A stretch of 32,000 bases of DNA from an uncultured Actinomycetota bacterium (GTDB taxonomy: Bacteria > Actinomycetota > Actinomycetes > Mycobacteriales > Mycobacteriaceae), in the NCBI GenBank assembly GCA_963762625.1, contig CAVXLB010000001.1, positions 2,941,392 to 2,973,391 of the forward strand. The letters run 5' to 3'. The notes below the pieces were generated by a model. It made no database searches. It was not told where the DNA came from and was given only the letters and a program-made list of their open reading frames with translations. Each line of letters starts with the position of its first letter. Position 1 is the first letter of the stretch. Below, piece by piece: positions 1 through 7,387 of the stretch. The position numbers and the translations under genes were made by a program.

Positions 1-506
1 GCCACACCGGGGTACTGGATCTTGACTGCGACCTGGCGACCATCACGTAGGACGGCGCGATGCACCTGCCCAATCGAGGCTGCCGCCATCGGCTCCCCGG
101 CGAACTCGGCGAACACCACATCGGCGGGTCGGCCAAGCTCAGCCTCCAAGACATTCAAGGCCAGCGCCGAATCCATCGGCGGCGCATCAGCCTGCAACCG
201 GGTCAGGGCCTTCTGATAAGGCGACAGCTCCCCGGCGCCGACGGCAGCCGCGTCAACCATCGAGACCAATTGCGCGGCCTTCATCATCACGCCTTTGGAG
301 TGGCCGAGTAACTCGACGTAGCGCTCGGCGGTGCGTTCATGAAAACGCTGCACCGCGCCCACGTCACCGGTCCTCTCCCGCAACCCGGCGAGTACGCGGC
401 CACCGGCGGCGCGGGCAGTGAACCCTGCCACCGGCATCGTGCGTCGCACCCGGCCGCCCGGTACCGGCCGATCGGTATCCGCCACCACGACCTCCCTCCG
501 CCCCAT
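1..506 (-). CDS. ABC1/UbiB-family atypical kinase, N-terminal part (gene continues past window start)
   Basis: My own minus-strand translation reads MPVAGFTARAAGGRVLAGLRERTGDVGAVQRFHERTAERYVELLGHSKGVMMKAAQLVSM...PMAAASIGQVHRAVLRDGRQVAVKIQYPGV. ASIGQVH and VAVK-Q-P are the ABC1 signature. The frame stays open to position 1, so it is absent from the ORF track. Start is ATG 506 or ATG 437. Confidence 0.8.
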   Translation of the reverse strand, partial: MGRREVVVADTDRPVPGGRVRRTMPVAGFTARAAGGRVLAGLRERTGDVGAVQRFHERTAERYVELLGHSKGVMMKAAQLVSMVDAAAVGAGELSPYQKALTRLQADAPPMDSALALNVLEAELGRPADVVFAEFAGEPMAAASIGQVHRAVLRDGRQVAVKIQYPGV

Positions 507-535
507 CCACCTTGATACAGTGAGCTACTATAGAA

Positions 536-553
536 TATAAGTAATCACTTATA
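536..553. promoter_or_regulatory. Inverted repeat TATAAGT-N4-ACTTATA, candidate TetR operator between the divergent ABC1 kinase and TetR genes
   Basis: Perfect 7-bp arms at 536-542 and 547-553. It sits in an unusually AT-rich stretch 13 nt upstream of the GTG start of the TetR gene. Confidence 0.5.
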
Positions 554-565
554 GGGTGGTCAAGT

Positions 566-1159
566 GTGGAAACCTCAACCAAGGAACGACTGGTCAGTGA
601 GGCCATGCGGCTTTTCAGCCAGCAGGGCTACCGCGCGACCAGCATCAACCAAATCGAGAAAGCCGCTGGCCTGGTTCCCGGCTGCGGTGCCCTCTACAAT
701 CACTTCAAATCCAAAGATGCCCTTCTAGCTGCGGGTATCGACCGCCAACTGGACCGCCGCCGCGCCATGCATGACATCAGCGCGCTGTTCGCCGGGCAGG
801 GAGACCTGCGCACCGAACTATCCCTGCTGTGCCGGTACCTGATGAGCGTCCTGGACCGCGAAAGCGAATTCCTCCAAGTCGCGGCCCGCACCCCCGCCGA
901 TCAGTCCACGCGCCTCAACAACGCCTACGCCGCCCTGGTCGACGGGCTCTACAGCGAACTCACCGACTGGATAAAAGGCTGCGCGATAAGGATCAAAGAC
1001 CCTGATGCCAAAAGGATCGCGGTCATCGGCATCAATGCCGTGCTCGGAAAACGCGCTACCCGAATCGTGTTCCACAGCCCCCAAGTCGACACATCCGACG
1101 AGGAATTTGTCAGCGATTGGACCGCCATGCTGGCAGATCGAATCGAAAAACTCCGCTAG
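566..1159 (+). CDS. TetR/AcrR-family transcriptional regulator
   Basis: N-terminal HTH region KERLVSEAMRLFSQQGYRATSINQIEKAAGLVPGCGALYNHFKSKDALL is the typical TetR_N pattern. GTG start. Confidence 0.9.
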   Translation: METSTKERLVSEAMRLFSQQGYRATSINQIEKAAGLVPGCGALYNHFKSKDALLAAGIDRQLDRRRAMHDISALFAGQGDLRTELSLLCRYLMSVLDRESEFLQVAARTPADQSTRLNNAYAALVDGLYSELTDWIKGCAIRIKDPDAKRIAVIGINAVLGKRATRIVFHSPQVDTSDEEFVSDWTAMLADRIEKLR

Positions 1160-1282
1160 CCACAATGCGGCCCGGTCCGCACTCCTGTATCTGAGTCAGT
1201 AGTCAACGCTCGCAATATCTTCGACTGTCTCGTTGCGTACCGACAGGCAGGATCGGCCGAACTGGTCCATGGTCGCTGAGGG

Positions 1283-1732
1283 CTATTGCGTGATACTCGT
1301 GCGGGTTGGTTCGCCGGTTTTGACGGGTGGAAACCAGGGCGCTCCCCGCAGAGGGCGGTAGTCAGCGACGGCGAAGGCGGTTGCAGCTGCTGAGATCAGC
1401 GCGCAGAAAACGCCAGGCTGACGGGTGGCGTGTTCGGGAAAATCGAAAATCAGCCACGCGAACAGCAACATTGAGGTGGTGTTGAGTAAGTCGGTTGCGC
1501 CGATAAGTGATATATCGGGGCGACACACGCCGTATTGGCCGCCGGTGATCGCCGTGGCGATACCGAACACACCGCCGATTAGGAAATACAGCGCGGCCAC
1601 TGTGTTGAACTCCCATCCGGTTTGGTGGACGCCCTCAGCGTCTGCCCACGGTAGGAAAAGCGACGCGATCAATAGCGCGCCGCCGACGCCGACGATCAGC
1701 CGTTGGTGTACGGGCGTCGTTTTCGCAGCCAT
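1283..1732 (-). CDS. Small integral membrane protein (about 4 TM helices), function unknown
   Basis: Hydrophobic helices LIVGVGGALLIASLF, ALYFLIGGVFGIATAI, MLLFAWLIF and VFCALISAAATAFAV. I prefer the internal ATG at 1732 (MAAKTTPVHQ) over the ORF-track start at 1810, which would overrun the operator region. Confidence 0.65.
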   Translation of the reverse strand: MAAKTTPVHQRLIVGVGGALLIASLFLPWADAEGVHQTGWEFNTVAALYFLIGGVFGIATAITGGQYGVCRPDISLIGATDLLNTTSMLLFAWLIFDFPEHATRQPGVFCALISAAATAFAVADYRPLRGAPWFPPVKTGEPTRTSITQ

Positions 1733-1777
1733 GTCCGTCCTCCGGGTGAATGCGGCGGGTGGCCCCCGCCTACTGTT

Positions 1778-1825
1778 GCCATAACAATTGTTATCCCACG
1801 TCACGAACATAACGATTGTTATGGC
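1778..1825. promoter_or_regulatory. Pair of palindromic operator-like sites in the divergent promoter region
   Basis: ATAACAATTGTTAT at 1781-1794 is a perfect 14-bp palindrome. CATAACGATTGTTATG at 1808-1823 is palindromic apart from the central pair. The flanks GCC (1778-1780) and GGC (1823-1825) make the two sites mirror images of each other. Confidence 0.6.
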
Positions 1826-1828
1826 ATC

Positions 1829-2572
1829 ATGTCAATGATGACTTCGGCCGACATCTCGCCCAGCACCCGGGAGCGCCTGGTGGCCGTCGCTTTGGTGGTG
1901 CTCGAAAGAGACGGACCGGCGGCGATTCAAGCGCGAACACTGGCGCGCGAGATCGGCGCGTCCACGATGGCGGTCTACACGCACTTCGGGGGCATGCCCA
2001 AGCTGATCGAAGCCGTGATGCGCGAAGGGCTTGCGCGCTTCGCCGAGCACACTCGCGGGGTGCCTCACACCGACGACCCGGTGGCTGATCTCATCGCCGG
2101 CGGGCTGGCCTACAGCGAGTTCGCGATGCAAAACCCGCAGCTGTACCGGTTGCTTATGGGTCTCGCCGACCTCGGCGGAACCCATAAGCCCTCAGCCGGT
2201 GCGGCCACGCCGTGGGATCTCGCCGAGGGGGTCGACGCATTGTCGGTGCTGGTCAGTGCGGTCGAGCGGGTCGTCGAAGCCGGACGGATTCGACCGCAGG
2301 AGCCGGCCCCTGCGGCCACCCAGATCTTATGTGCTACCCACGGATTCGTGCTGCTGGCGATGAGCGGATACATCGACCCCCAAGGACTGCAAAACGTGAT
2401 GGTCCCACTGGCGATCAACTTGTTGGTGGGTCTCGGCGACAGGCGCAGGCGTGCCGAACGCTCCCTGGCCGCCGCGATCAAAGCGCGCGCGTCTCAGGCC
2501 GCTGCAGCCTCAGACGAGCTGCACGGGAACGATTTCGGTTCGGGCGATGGCCCGATCACGATCCGCGGCTAG
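1829..2572 (+). CDS. TetR-family transcriptional regulator
   Basis: TRERLVAVALVVLERDGPAAIQARTLAREIGASTMAVYTHFGGMPKLIEAV is a TetR HTH. I chose ATG 1829 (MSMMTS); the 1703 start in the track would run across the operators and the neighbouring gene. Confidence 0.85.
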   Translation: MSMMTSADISPSTRERLVAVALVVLERDGPAAIQARTLAREIGASTMAVYTHFGGMPKLIEAVMREGLARFAEHTRGVPHTDDPVADLIAGGLAYSEFAMQNPQLYRLLMGLADLGGTHKPSAGAATPWDLAEGVDALSVLVSAVERVVEAGRIRPQEPAPAATQILCATHGFVLLAMSGYIDPQGLQNVMVPLAINLLVGLGDRRRRAERSLAAAIKARASQAAAASDELHGNDFGSGDGPITIRG

Positions 2573-2797
2573 CGCTGTCCTGCGCGGGTCGGCCATAAAG
2601 CCGTCCATCGCGGCCTGAGACTCCCACTCGAACAACTGAATCTCCAGCGGCCGATTCTCCGCACCGTCAGTGCGTGCTCGCCGCAACACGGTCCCATCAT
2701 GTTCGCCCACCAACGCCAGCACCGAATCTTCGTAGGCGATCAACGCCTCACCCATACCGGGGAGAGGCCACAGAAACACGTAGAAAGTCTGCTTCAC
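2510..2797 (-). CDS. Small conserved hypothetical protein, possibly a dimeric alpha/beta-barrel (DUF1330/EthD-like)
   Basis: The ORF shows GC3-type codon usage. GTG 2797 is preceded by GAGGA at about 8 nt. The pattern PLEIQLFEWESQAAMDGFMADPRR resembles small ferredoxin-fold proteins. Function is not established. Confidence 0.5.
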   Translation of the reverse strand: MKQTFYVFLWPLPGMGEALIAYEDSVLALVGEHDGTVLRRARTDGAENRPLEIQLFEWESQAAMDGFMADPRRTALAADRDRAIARTEIVPVQLV

Positions 2798-2934
2798 CGC
2801 CCGATCCTCGCACGCTGAACACACCCTGTTGAATATTTTGTTGGCGCAACCTAATTCGCCAGCCCGGGGGCGCCGCTCCCCCGCAGTTACCCGCGATCGA
2901 GTATGTGTCTTACATTTTGTACTACGCTGTGGAC

Positions 2935-3168
2935 ATGGCTGACACGATCACCTTTCGACCCGACGAGGATGCATCTCGGGCGCTTGCTGTGTTGACCAGG
3001 GACGGGACACCAGTATCTACGGCGGTTCGGGCGGCACTCATCGAAGCCGCGCGCCGACGGGCTGCCGCAGCTATTCGCGCCGAAGCGGAGGATCTCGCCG
3101 CGGACGAGGCAGACCGCGCCGAGGCGATGCAGGTCCTTCGCGACATGGAGACGCTGCGTGCGTGGTGA
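2935..3168 (+). CDS. mazE: MazE-like antitoxin (ribbon-helix-helix type)
   Basis: Small acidic protein MADTITFRPDEDASRALAVLT...AEDLAADEADRAEAMQVLRDMETLRAW. It lies immediately upstream of the MazF gene and overlaps it by 11 nt. Confidence 0.75.
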   Translation: MADTITFRPDEDASRALAVLTRDGTPVSTAVRAALIEAARRRAAAAIRAEAEDLAADEADRAEAMQVLRDMETLRAW

Positions 3169-3469
3169 GGTCTTCCGGCTCAACGCTCCGCGTCGCACCC
3201 ACGGTCACGGACAGTCCGGCTCGCGGTATGCAGTCGTGGTCCAATCCGGCCAGCTGCCACTATCGACATGGCTCGTAGCGCCGACATCTACCGCCGCCCG
3301 AGCTGCAAGCTTTCGGCCCGAGGTCGAGATCGACGGCCGTGTCACGCGCGTGCTGGCTGAACAGGCCGCGGCGATCGATCCCGGTCGACTCGGCAGCAGC
3401 GTGGGTCACCTGAGCTTCGAAGATATGCGTCGCGTCGACGCGGCTCTGCGGATTGTGCTCGACCTGTAG
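3158..3469 (+). CDS. mazF: MazF/PemK-family endoribonuclease toxin
   Basis: RGEVFRL...GHGQSGSRYAVVVQS...LVAPTSTAA...DMRRVDAALRIVLDL follows the PemK/MazF pattern. The GTG start lies inside the end of the antitoxin gene. Confidence 0.8.
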   Translation: MRGEVFRLNAPRRTHGHGQSGSRYAVVVQSGQLPLSTWLVAPTSTAARAASFRPEVEIDGRVTRVLAEQAAAIDPGRLGSSVGHLSFEDMRRVDAALRIVLDL

Positions 3470-3505
3470 CACGTCGACGTCGCCCCGCCAGGGCGCATAC
3501 ACGGG

Positions 3506-3913
3506 CTAGGTTGCGCCGAAGAAACTAGGTCGGTCCCAGATCGCTACCGCCGCCAAAGCCAGCAGTGCCAAGTTCAATACGATCATTCCCAGTTCACGCC
3601 GACGCGCGTGTACCAGTGCTGCACCTAGCATTACGACAATCAATCCCGCTGTTCCAGCCGTTACCGCCAACCGGGAAGACATATCCAGCACCACGGGTAG
3701 GATCATTGCCAGACCGCCCGTAATCTCTGTTAACCCCACGAATTTTATTGTGCCCGAGCTGAAGTCGTCGACCCAACTCGCGCCCCGCGTCAGGCGTTTC
3801 TTGGAGACGACCAACTTCATGGCGCCGAAGGCGACGAACGCCAGGCCCATCCCCATGCTGACAACCCATAACGTCACATCCACTTCTACGTTCGTGGCGG
3901 CCGTATCGTTCAT
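3506..3913 (-). CDS. DoxX-family membrane protein
   Basis: Four TM segments and the core FVAFGAMKLV...FVGLTEITGGLAMILP...MLGAALVHARR are typical of DoxX. Confidence 0.75.
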   Translation of the reverse strand: MNDTAATNVEVDVTLWVVSMGMGLAFVAFGAMKLVVSKKRLTRGASWVDDFSSGTIKFVGLTEITGGLAMILPVVLDMSSRLAVTAGTAGLIVVMLGAALVHARRRELGMIVLNLALLALAAVAIWDRPSFFGAT

Positions 3914-4077
3914 TACCGGTCAAAGTGACGTTCAGGGTGCTGGCACAGCCGGCAACGATGCTGAGGGAACCCCTGTGTATGGCAGGGAGGCATCGTTTCG
4001 CCCATTCGCCCGGCGCGGGGCTACCAGTAAGGGGCGCAATAAGTGGCTGTAGCGTGACGGCCGTGAAGTTCTCCCGG

Positions 4078-4620
4078 ATGTATTCCTCCGTCGCGCTTGT
4101 GGTCTGTGTCGCGGCAGTCGTTCTGACGCTCGCTGTATCGGGCACCGCAACCGCGGCCGGTTCGTGCCCAACCGCAGCACCGCAGAATGGTGGAGCGGCT
4201 GACTGGACGCTGGCCGGGGCCACCGGCAGCGTCGCGGTCACCGGATCCACGGATACGACGGCTCCGCGCGTGAACGTGACGACACCGTTCGGCGTGACCC
4301 AGACCCAGGTGCATACGCTGCACGCCGGAAATGGGCCGGTGGTCTCGAGCACCGCTAGGGTTTCCGTTTGCTACATGGGCGTCAATGGACGTGACGGGTC
4401 CGTGTTCGACAGCAGCTACGAACGGGGCGAGGCGGTTGACTTCCCGCTTGGCGGAGTCGTGCCGGGCTTCCAGAAGGCCATCGCGGGACAAACGGTCGGG
4501 TCCATGGTCGCGGTCGCAATGACCTCCGCCGATGGCTACCCCGATGGTCAGCCCAGCGCTGGAATCCGGCCCGGCGACTCGCTCATCTTCGCGATCAAGA
4601 TCCTTAGCGCTGCCGGCTGA
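4078..4620 (+). CDS. Secreted FKBP-type peptidyl-prolyl cis-trans isomerase
   Basis: FKBP_C core VSVCYMGVNGRDGSVFDSSYERGEAVDFPLGGVVPGFQKAIAGQTVGSMVAVAM...GDSLIFAIKIL. N-terminal signal-like helix VALVVCVAAVVLTLAVSGTATAAGSC. Start is ATG 4078 or GTG 4054. Confidence 0.85.
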   Translation: MYSSVALVVCVAAVVLTLAVSGTATAAGSCPTAAPQNGGAADWTLAGATGSVAVTGSTDTTAPRVNVTTPFGVTQTQVHTLHAGNGPVVSSTARVSVCYMGVNGRDGSVFDSSYERGEAVDFPLGGVVPGFQKAIAGQTVGSMVAVAMTSADGYPDGQPSAGIRPGDSLIFAIKILSAAG

Positions 4621-4684
4621 GTGCGGCGGGCCCGGAAGCGTCCGTGGGAAAATCCGTGGACCGTGACTGCGTCGAATACCTACG

Positions 4685-5056
4685 ATGTGCAACGTGCACC
4701 TCGACGCAGTCAAATTCAGCCACGAATGGGTCAGGGCATGGAACACCCACGACGTGGAAGCTGTGCTTGCGCACTTCGACGATCAGGTTGTATTCACTTC
4801 CCCGGTTGCGCTCGAGTTGTTCCCACAGACAGGTGGCGTGGTTCGCGGTAAGGCCGCGCTTCATGGTTACTGGATCGCCGCGCTCACGCGCATTCCCGAA
4901 CTGAAGTTCGCCGTTGAGAGTGTGTACCAGGGCATCGACACCCTCGTCATCAACTACCGGAACCAGGCCGGCGGCCTGGTCAACGAAGTGCTGCGCTTCA
5001 CGAATGAGAATCTGGTTATCGAAGGACACGGAACATACCTCGCCCCTAGGGGTTGA
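4685..5056 (+). CDS. SnoaL/NTF2-like fold protein
   Basis: FSHEWVRAWNTHDVEAVLAHFDDQVVFTSP...GKAALHGYW follows the SnoaL-like polyketide cyclase / NTF2 pattern. Confidence 0.7.
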   Translation: MCNVHLDAVKFSHEWVRAWNTHDVEAVLAHFDDQVVFTSPVALELFPQTGGVVRGKAALHGYWIAALTRIPELKFAVESVYQGIDTLVINYRNQAGGLVNEVLRFTNENLVIEGHGTYLAPRG

Positions 5057-5099
5057 GCTGCCAGCCGGGCACTTTGATTGAGATCCGTATGCTGCAACC

Positions 5100-5459
5100 G
5101 TGGCCAGGGTGGATCCCGATGATGACAGCATCTACCGCTGGATCGTCTGGCATTATCGCTACGACCCTGATCGCAGAGAACGCCGGAACGTTGTGGTGGC
5201 CGCCTTCGACAACCAGCGCGAGTTTCACGGCGACATCGAAAAAAGGTCAGCAGAACTGCGTGCCCGCAAGGAACGTGGTGAAGGTGTCGATCCCACCGAA
5301 CACATATCCGGGGCAATGCGCGAGCCCGGATATCGACGCCTGCAACGGAACGCTCACCTACTCAGGCGGGCTATCGAGCATGGCGTCGCGCTTCCACAAA
5401 CCGGGAATCTGGACCTACCGTTGAATGTCTCGGTCATGCGAGCCGTGCGTCCTTCTTAA
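5100..5459 (+). CDS. Hypothetical protein, highly charged, no recognisable domain
   Basis: ORF with a clear GC3 bias and a GTG start. Sequence begins DDDSIYRWIVWHYRYDPDRRERRNVVVAAFDNQREFHGDIEKR. I recognise no family. Confidence 0.55.
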   Translation: MARVDPDDDSIYRWIVWHYRYDPDRRERRNVVVAAFDNQREFHGDIEKRSAELRARKERGEGVDPTEHISGAMREPGYRRLQRNAHLLRRAIEHGVALPQTGNLDLPLNVSVMRAVRPS

Positions 5460-5803
5460 CTATGCGGTGGGCACAGATCGGATGCGGTGTAGGCAATGAG
5501 GTTGTTGGCCATATCCGGGGTGAGCCCATTGGGGCCCTCTTCGCCGTCAGAGCGTTGCAGCGCGAGGGCCACTAGCTGCTCGGGAGGGGCGCCGTAAGAC
5601 ATTTGTTGGCAGAGTTTGTAGCCCACCTGCAGCAGCGCCGGGTCACCGCCGTTGAAGTCGCGGATGCCGGACTTATGCAGGTCGTTGAGATAGCTGGTCT
5701 CGTCGGCCAGTGCCGGGCTGGCCCAGATGAGCCCGGCGACCAGAAGTGGGCCACCTGCTAGCGCTGTGCCCACAAATCGACCATAACGCCTCTGTGCGGC
5801 CAT
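5456..5803 (-). CDS. DUF732 family secreted protein
   Basis: Signal peptide then ADETSYLNDLHKSGI...GYKLCQQM...DLC, with a Cys pair, which is typical of DUF732. ATG 5803 is preceded by AAAGGAGAA. Confidence 0.8.
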   Translation of the reverse strand: MAAQRRYGRFVGTALAGGPLLVAGLIWASPALADETSYLNDLHKSGIRDFNGGDPALLQVGYKLCQQMSYGAPPEQLVALALQRSDGEEGPNGLTPDMANNLIAYTASDLCPPHS

Positions 5804-5964
5804 AGCTTGTTCTCCTTTGTCTGCGTACTGGCCTGTATTGGAAGACGCGATATTACACCAGAAAAGTGCACGAAACGCGCCGGCAAGAATGGGCGCTGAG
5901 GTGCTTGGCAGAGCAAAGCCGACAGTCTGATCTATTGCGGCGAAACGCATTCCGATAACAAATA

Positions 5965-6861
5965 TCAGCTCTGTGCGGATTCCATTTCGCTGATCCGATC
6001 TGCGAGGGCAAGGATCCGCTGGGCGTCGCGCACGTGCAGGCTCTCGATCATCCGACCATCCACTGTTATGACGCTGTCCCCTGTTGCTTGAGCCTGTTCG
6101 TAGGCCGAGACGACCTTGCGGGCATCGGCCAGCTCTTCTTGCGACGGACCGAACACTTCGTTGGCCGGGGCGAGTTGAGAGGGATGGATCAGGGTCTTAC
6201 CGTCGAAACCCATCTCGCGACCCTGTCGGGCCTCGGCTCGAAAGCCGGCTTCGTCACTGATGTCGTTGAACACGCCATCCAAGATGGCCTTCCCGGCCGC
6301 CCTCGCCCCCAACAAGGCCAGCACCAACGCAGGCACCACTGGTGCGCGTCCGGCTACGTGCAGTCCGTGCAGATCGTTGACAAGGTCGTTGGTGCCGACC
6401 ACCAGCACAGCCAAACGATCGCTGGCCGAGGCGATCTCCTCTGCTCTCAAAATCGCCCTAGGCGTTTCGATCATCACCCACAACCGCAAGGACTTCGGTG
6501 CGTCGAGCGTGTCGAGCACGGCGGCCAGCGCTTGAACCTGTTCGCCGCTTTCGACCTTCGGCACGAGCACTCCGTCGGCGGTCGAGGCCGCCACGGCGGC
6601 CAGATCGTCGTCGTGCCAGTCGGTTCCTAAGCCGTTGACGCGCACCACGATCTCCCGGGGTTGGTAGCCCCCGGACACGATCGCCTCGCCCACCTTCGCC
6701 CTTGATTCGGCTTTGGCGTCGGGTCCGACGGCATCCTCAAGGTCGAAAATCAACGCATCCGCCGGCAGTGATTTCCCCTTCTCCAATGCCCTGGCTTTAT
6801 TGCCGGGCAAATAGAGGGCGGATCGGCGCGGGCGCAGCGTCGGTGCGACGGAGTCGTTCAC
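5965..6861 (-). CDS. citE: HpcH/HpaI aldolase / citrate lyase beta-subunit-like protein (CitE family)
   Basis: RRSALYLPGNKARALEKGKSLPADALIFDLEDAVGPDAK...VRVNGLGT...DGVLVPKVE...WVMIETP...GTNDL are CitE motifs. I chose GTG 6861; the 364-aa version in the track overlaps the upstream gene. Confidence 0.85.
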   Translation of the reverse strand: MNDSVAPTLRPRRSALYLPGNKARALEKGKSLPADALIFDLEDAVGPDAKAESRAKVGEAIVSGGYQPREIVVRVNGLGTDWHDDDLAAVAASTADGVLVPKVESGEQVQALAAVLDTLDAPKSLRLWVMIETPRAILRAEEIASASDRLAVLVVGTNDLVNDLHGLHVAGRAPVVPALVLALLGARAAGKAILDGVFNDISDEAGFRAEARQGREMGFDGKTLIHPSQLAPANEVFGPSQEELADARKVVSAYEQAQATGDSVITVDGRMIESLHVRDAQRILALADRISEMESAQS

Positions 6862-6883
6862 GCGGCGTCCTACCAACTCGCGT

Positions 6884-7186
6884 TCACAGGAACGGATCTC
6901 TGGGGACCTCGAACTGTGCCCGGGCGACCTGTTCGGCCAGGGGCGCCAGCCTGGCGCGGGCCCGGTTGTGTGCGGAGTCGAGATCATAGGCACGGTAGGC
7001 GGCGGCGTCGGCGAAGTCCGCGACGATCGCGAAGCTCCAATTCCCGTCGCGCAGTCCAAGATCGCTGCCGATGGTGTAACTGAGCGTGCCGGGGCAGTTG
7101 AGTCGGCGGAAGTCGTCCTGAATCTCGGAAACTTCAGCGGGGTCCTGGCCCGGCTTCAGTTTTACGAGGACCACATTGCGGATCAC
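6884..7186 (-). CDS. Dabb (stress-responsive alpha/beta barrel) domain protein
   Basis: IRNVVLVKLKPG...GSDLGLRDGNWSFAIVADFADAAAYRAYDLDSAH follows the Dabb pattern. It lies 22 nt upstream of citE on the same strand. Confidence 0.75.
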   Translation of the reverse strand: MIRNVVLVKLKPGQDPAEVSEIQDDFRRLNCPGTLSYTIGSDLGLRDGNWSFAIVADFADAAAYRAYDLDSAHNRARARLAPLAEQVARAQFEVPRDPFL

Positions 7187-7323
7187 GGTGACACGCTAGC
7201 AGCGCCGCCCACCGCGGAACTCCCGGCTCGGCTTATCGCAGAAGATGAATTCCTGGTGACGCGCGCTCGAATCCCCCACGTCCGCGTCGCCTTCGGACGC
7301 CCTCACTCGGCCATCCGTCGATG

Positions 7324-7345
7324 GTTGCACACTATGTAGTGCAAC
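7324..7345. promoter_or_regulatory. Inverted repeat GTTGCAC-N8-GTGCAAC upstream of the G6PD gene
   Basis: Perfect 7-bp arms at 7324-7330 and 7339-7345, located 4-43 nt upstream of the candidate zwf starts. Confidence 0.4.
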
Positions 7346-7387
7346 TTTGTGCTGCGGACACGGCGCGGCGGTGGAAGTATCGCGGAC

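Noticed and set aside
364-606. 80-aa minus-strand ORF
   Set aside because: It is in a different frame from the ABC1 kinase N-terminus that occupies 1-506 and runs across the AT-rich operator region.
3594-4746. 252-aa and 241-aa minus-strand ORFs
   Set aside because: They overlap the DoxX gene in another frame and run antisense to the FKBP gene, with no recognisable domains.
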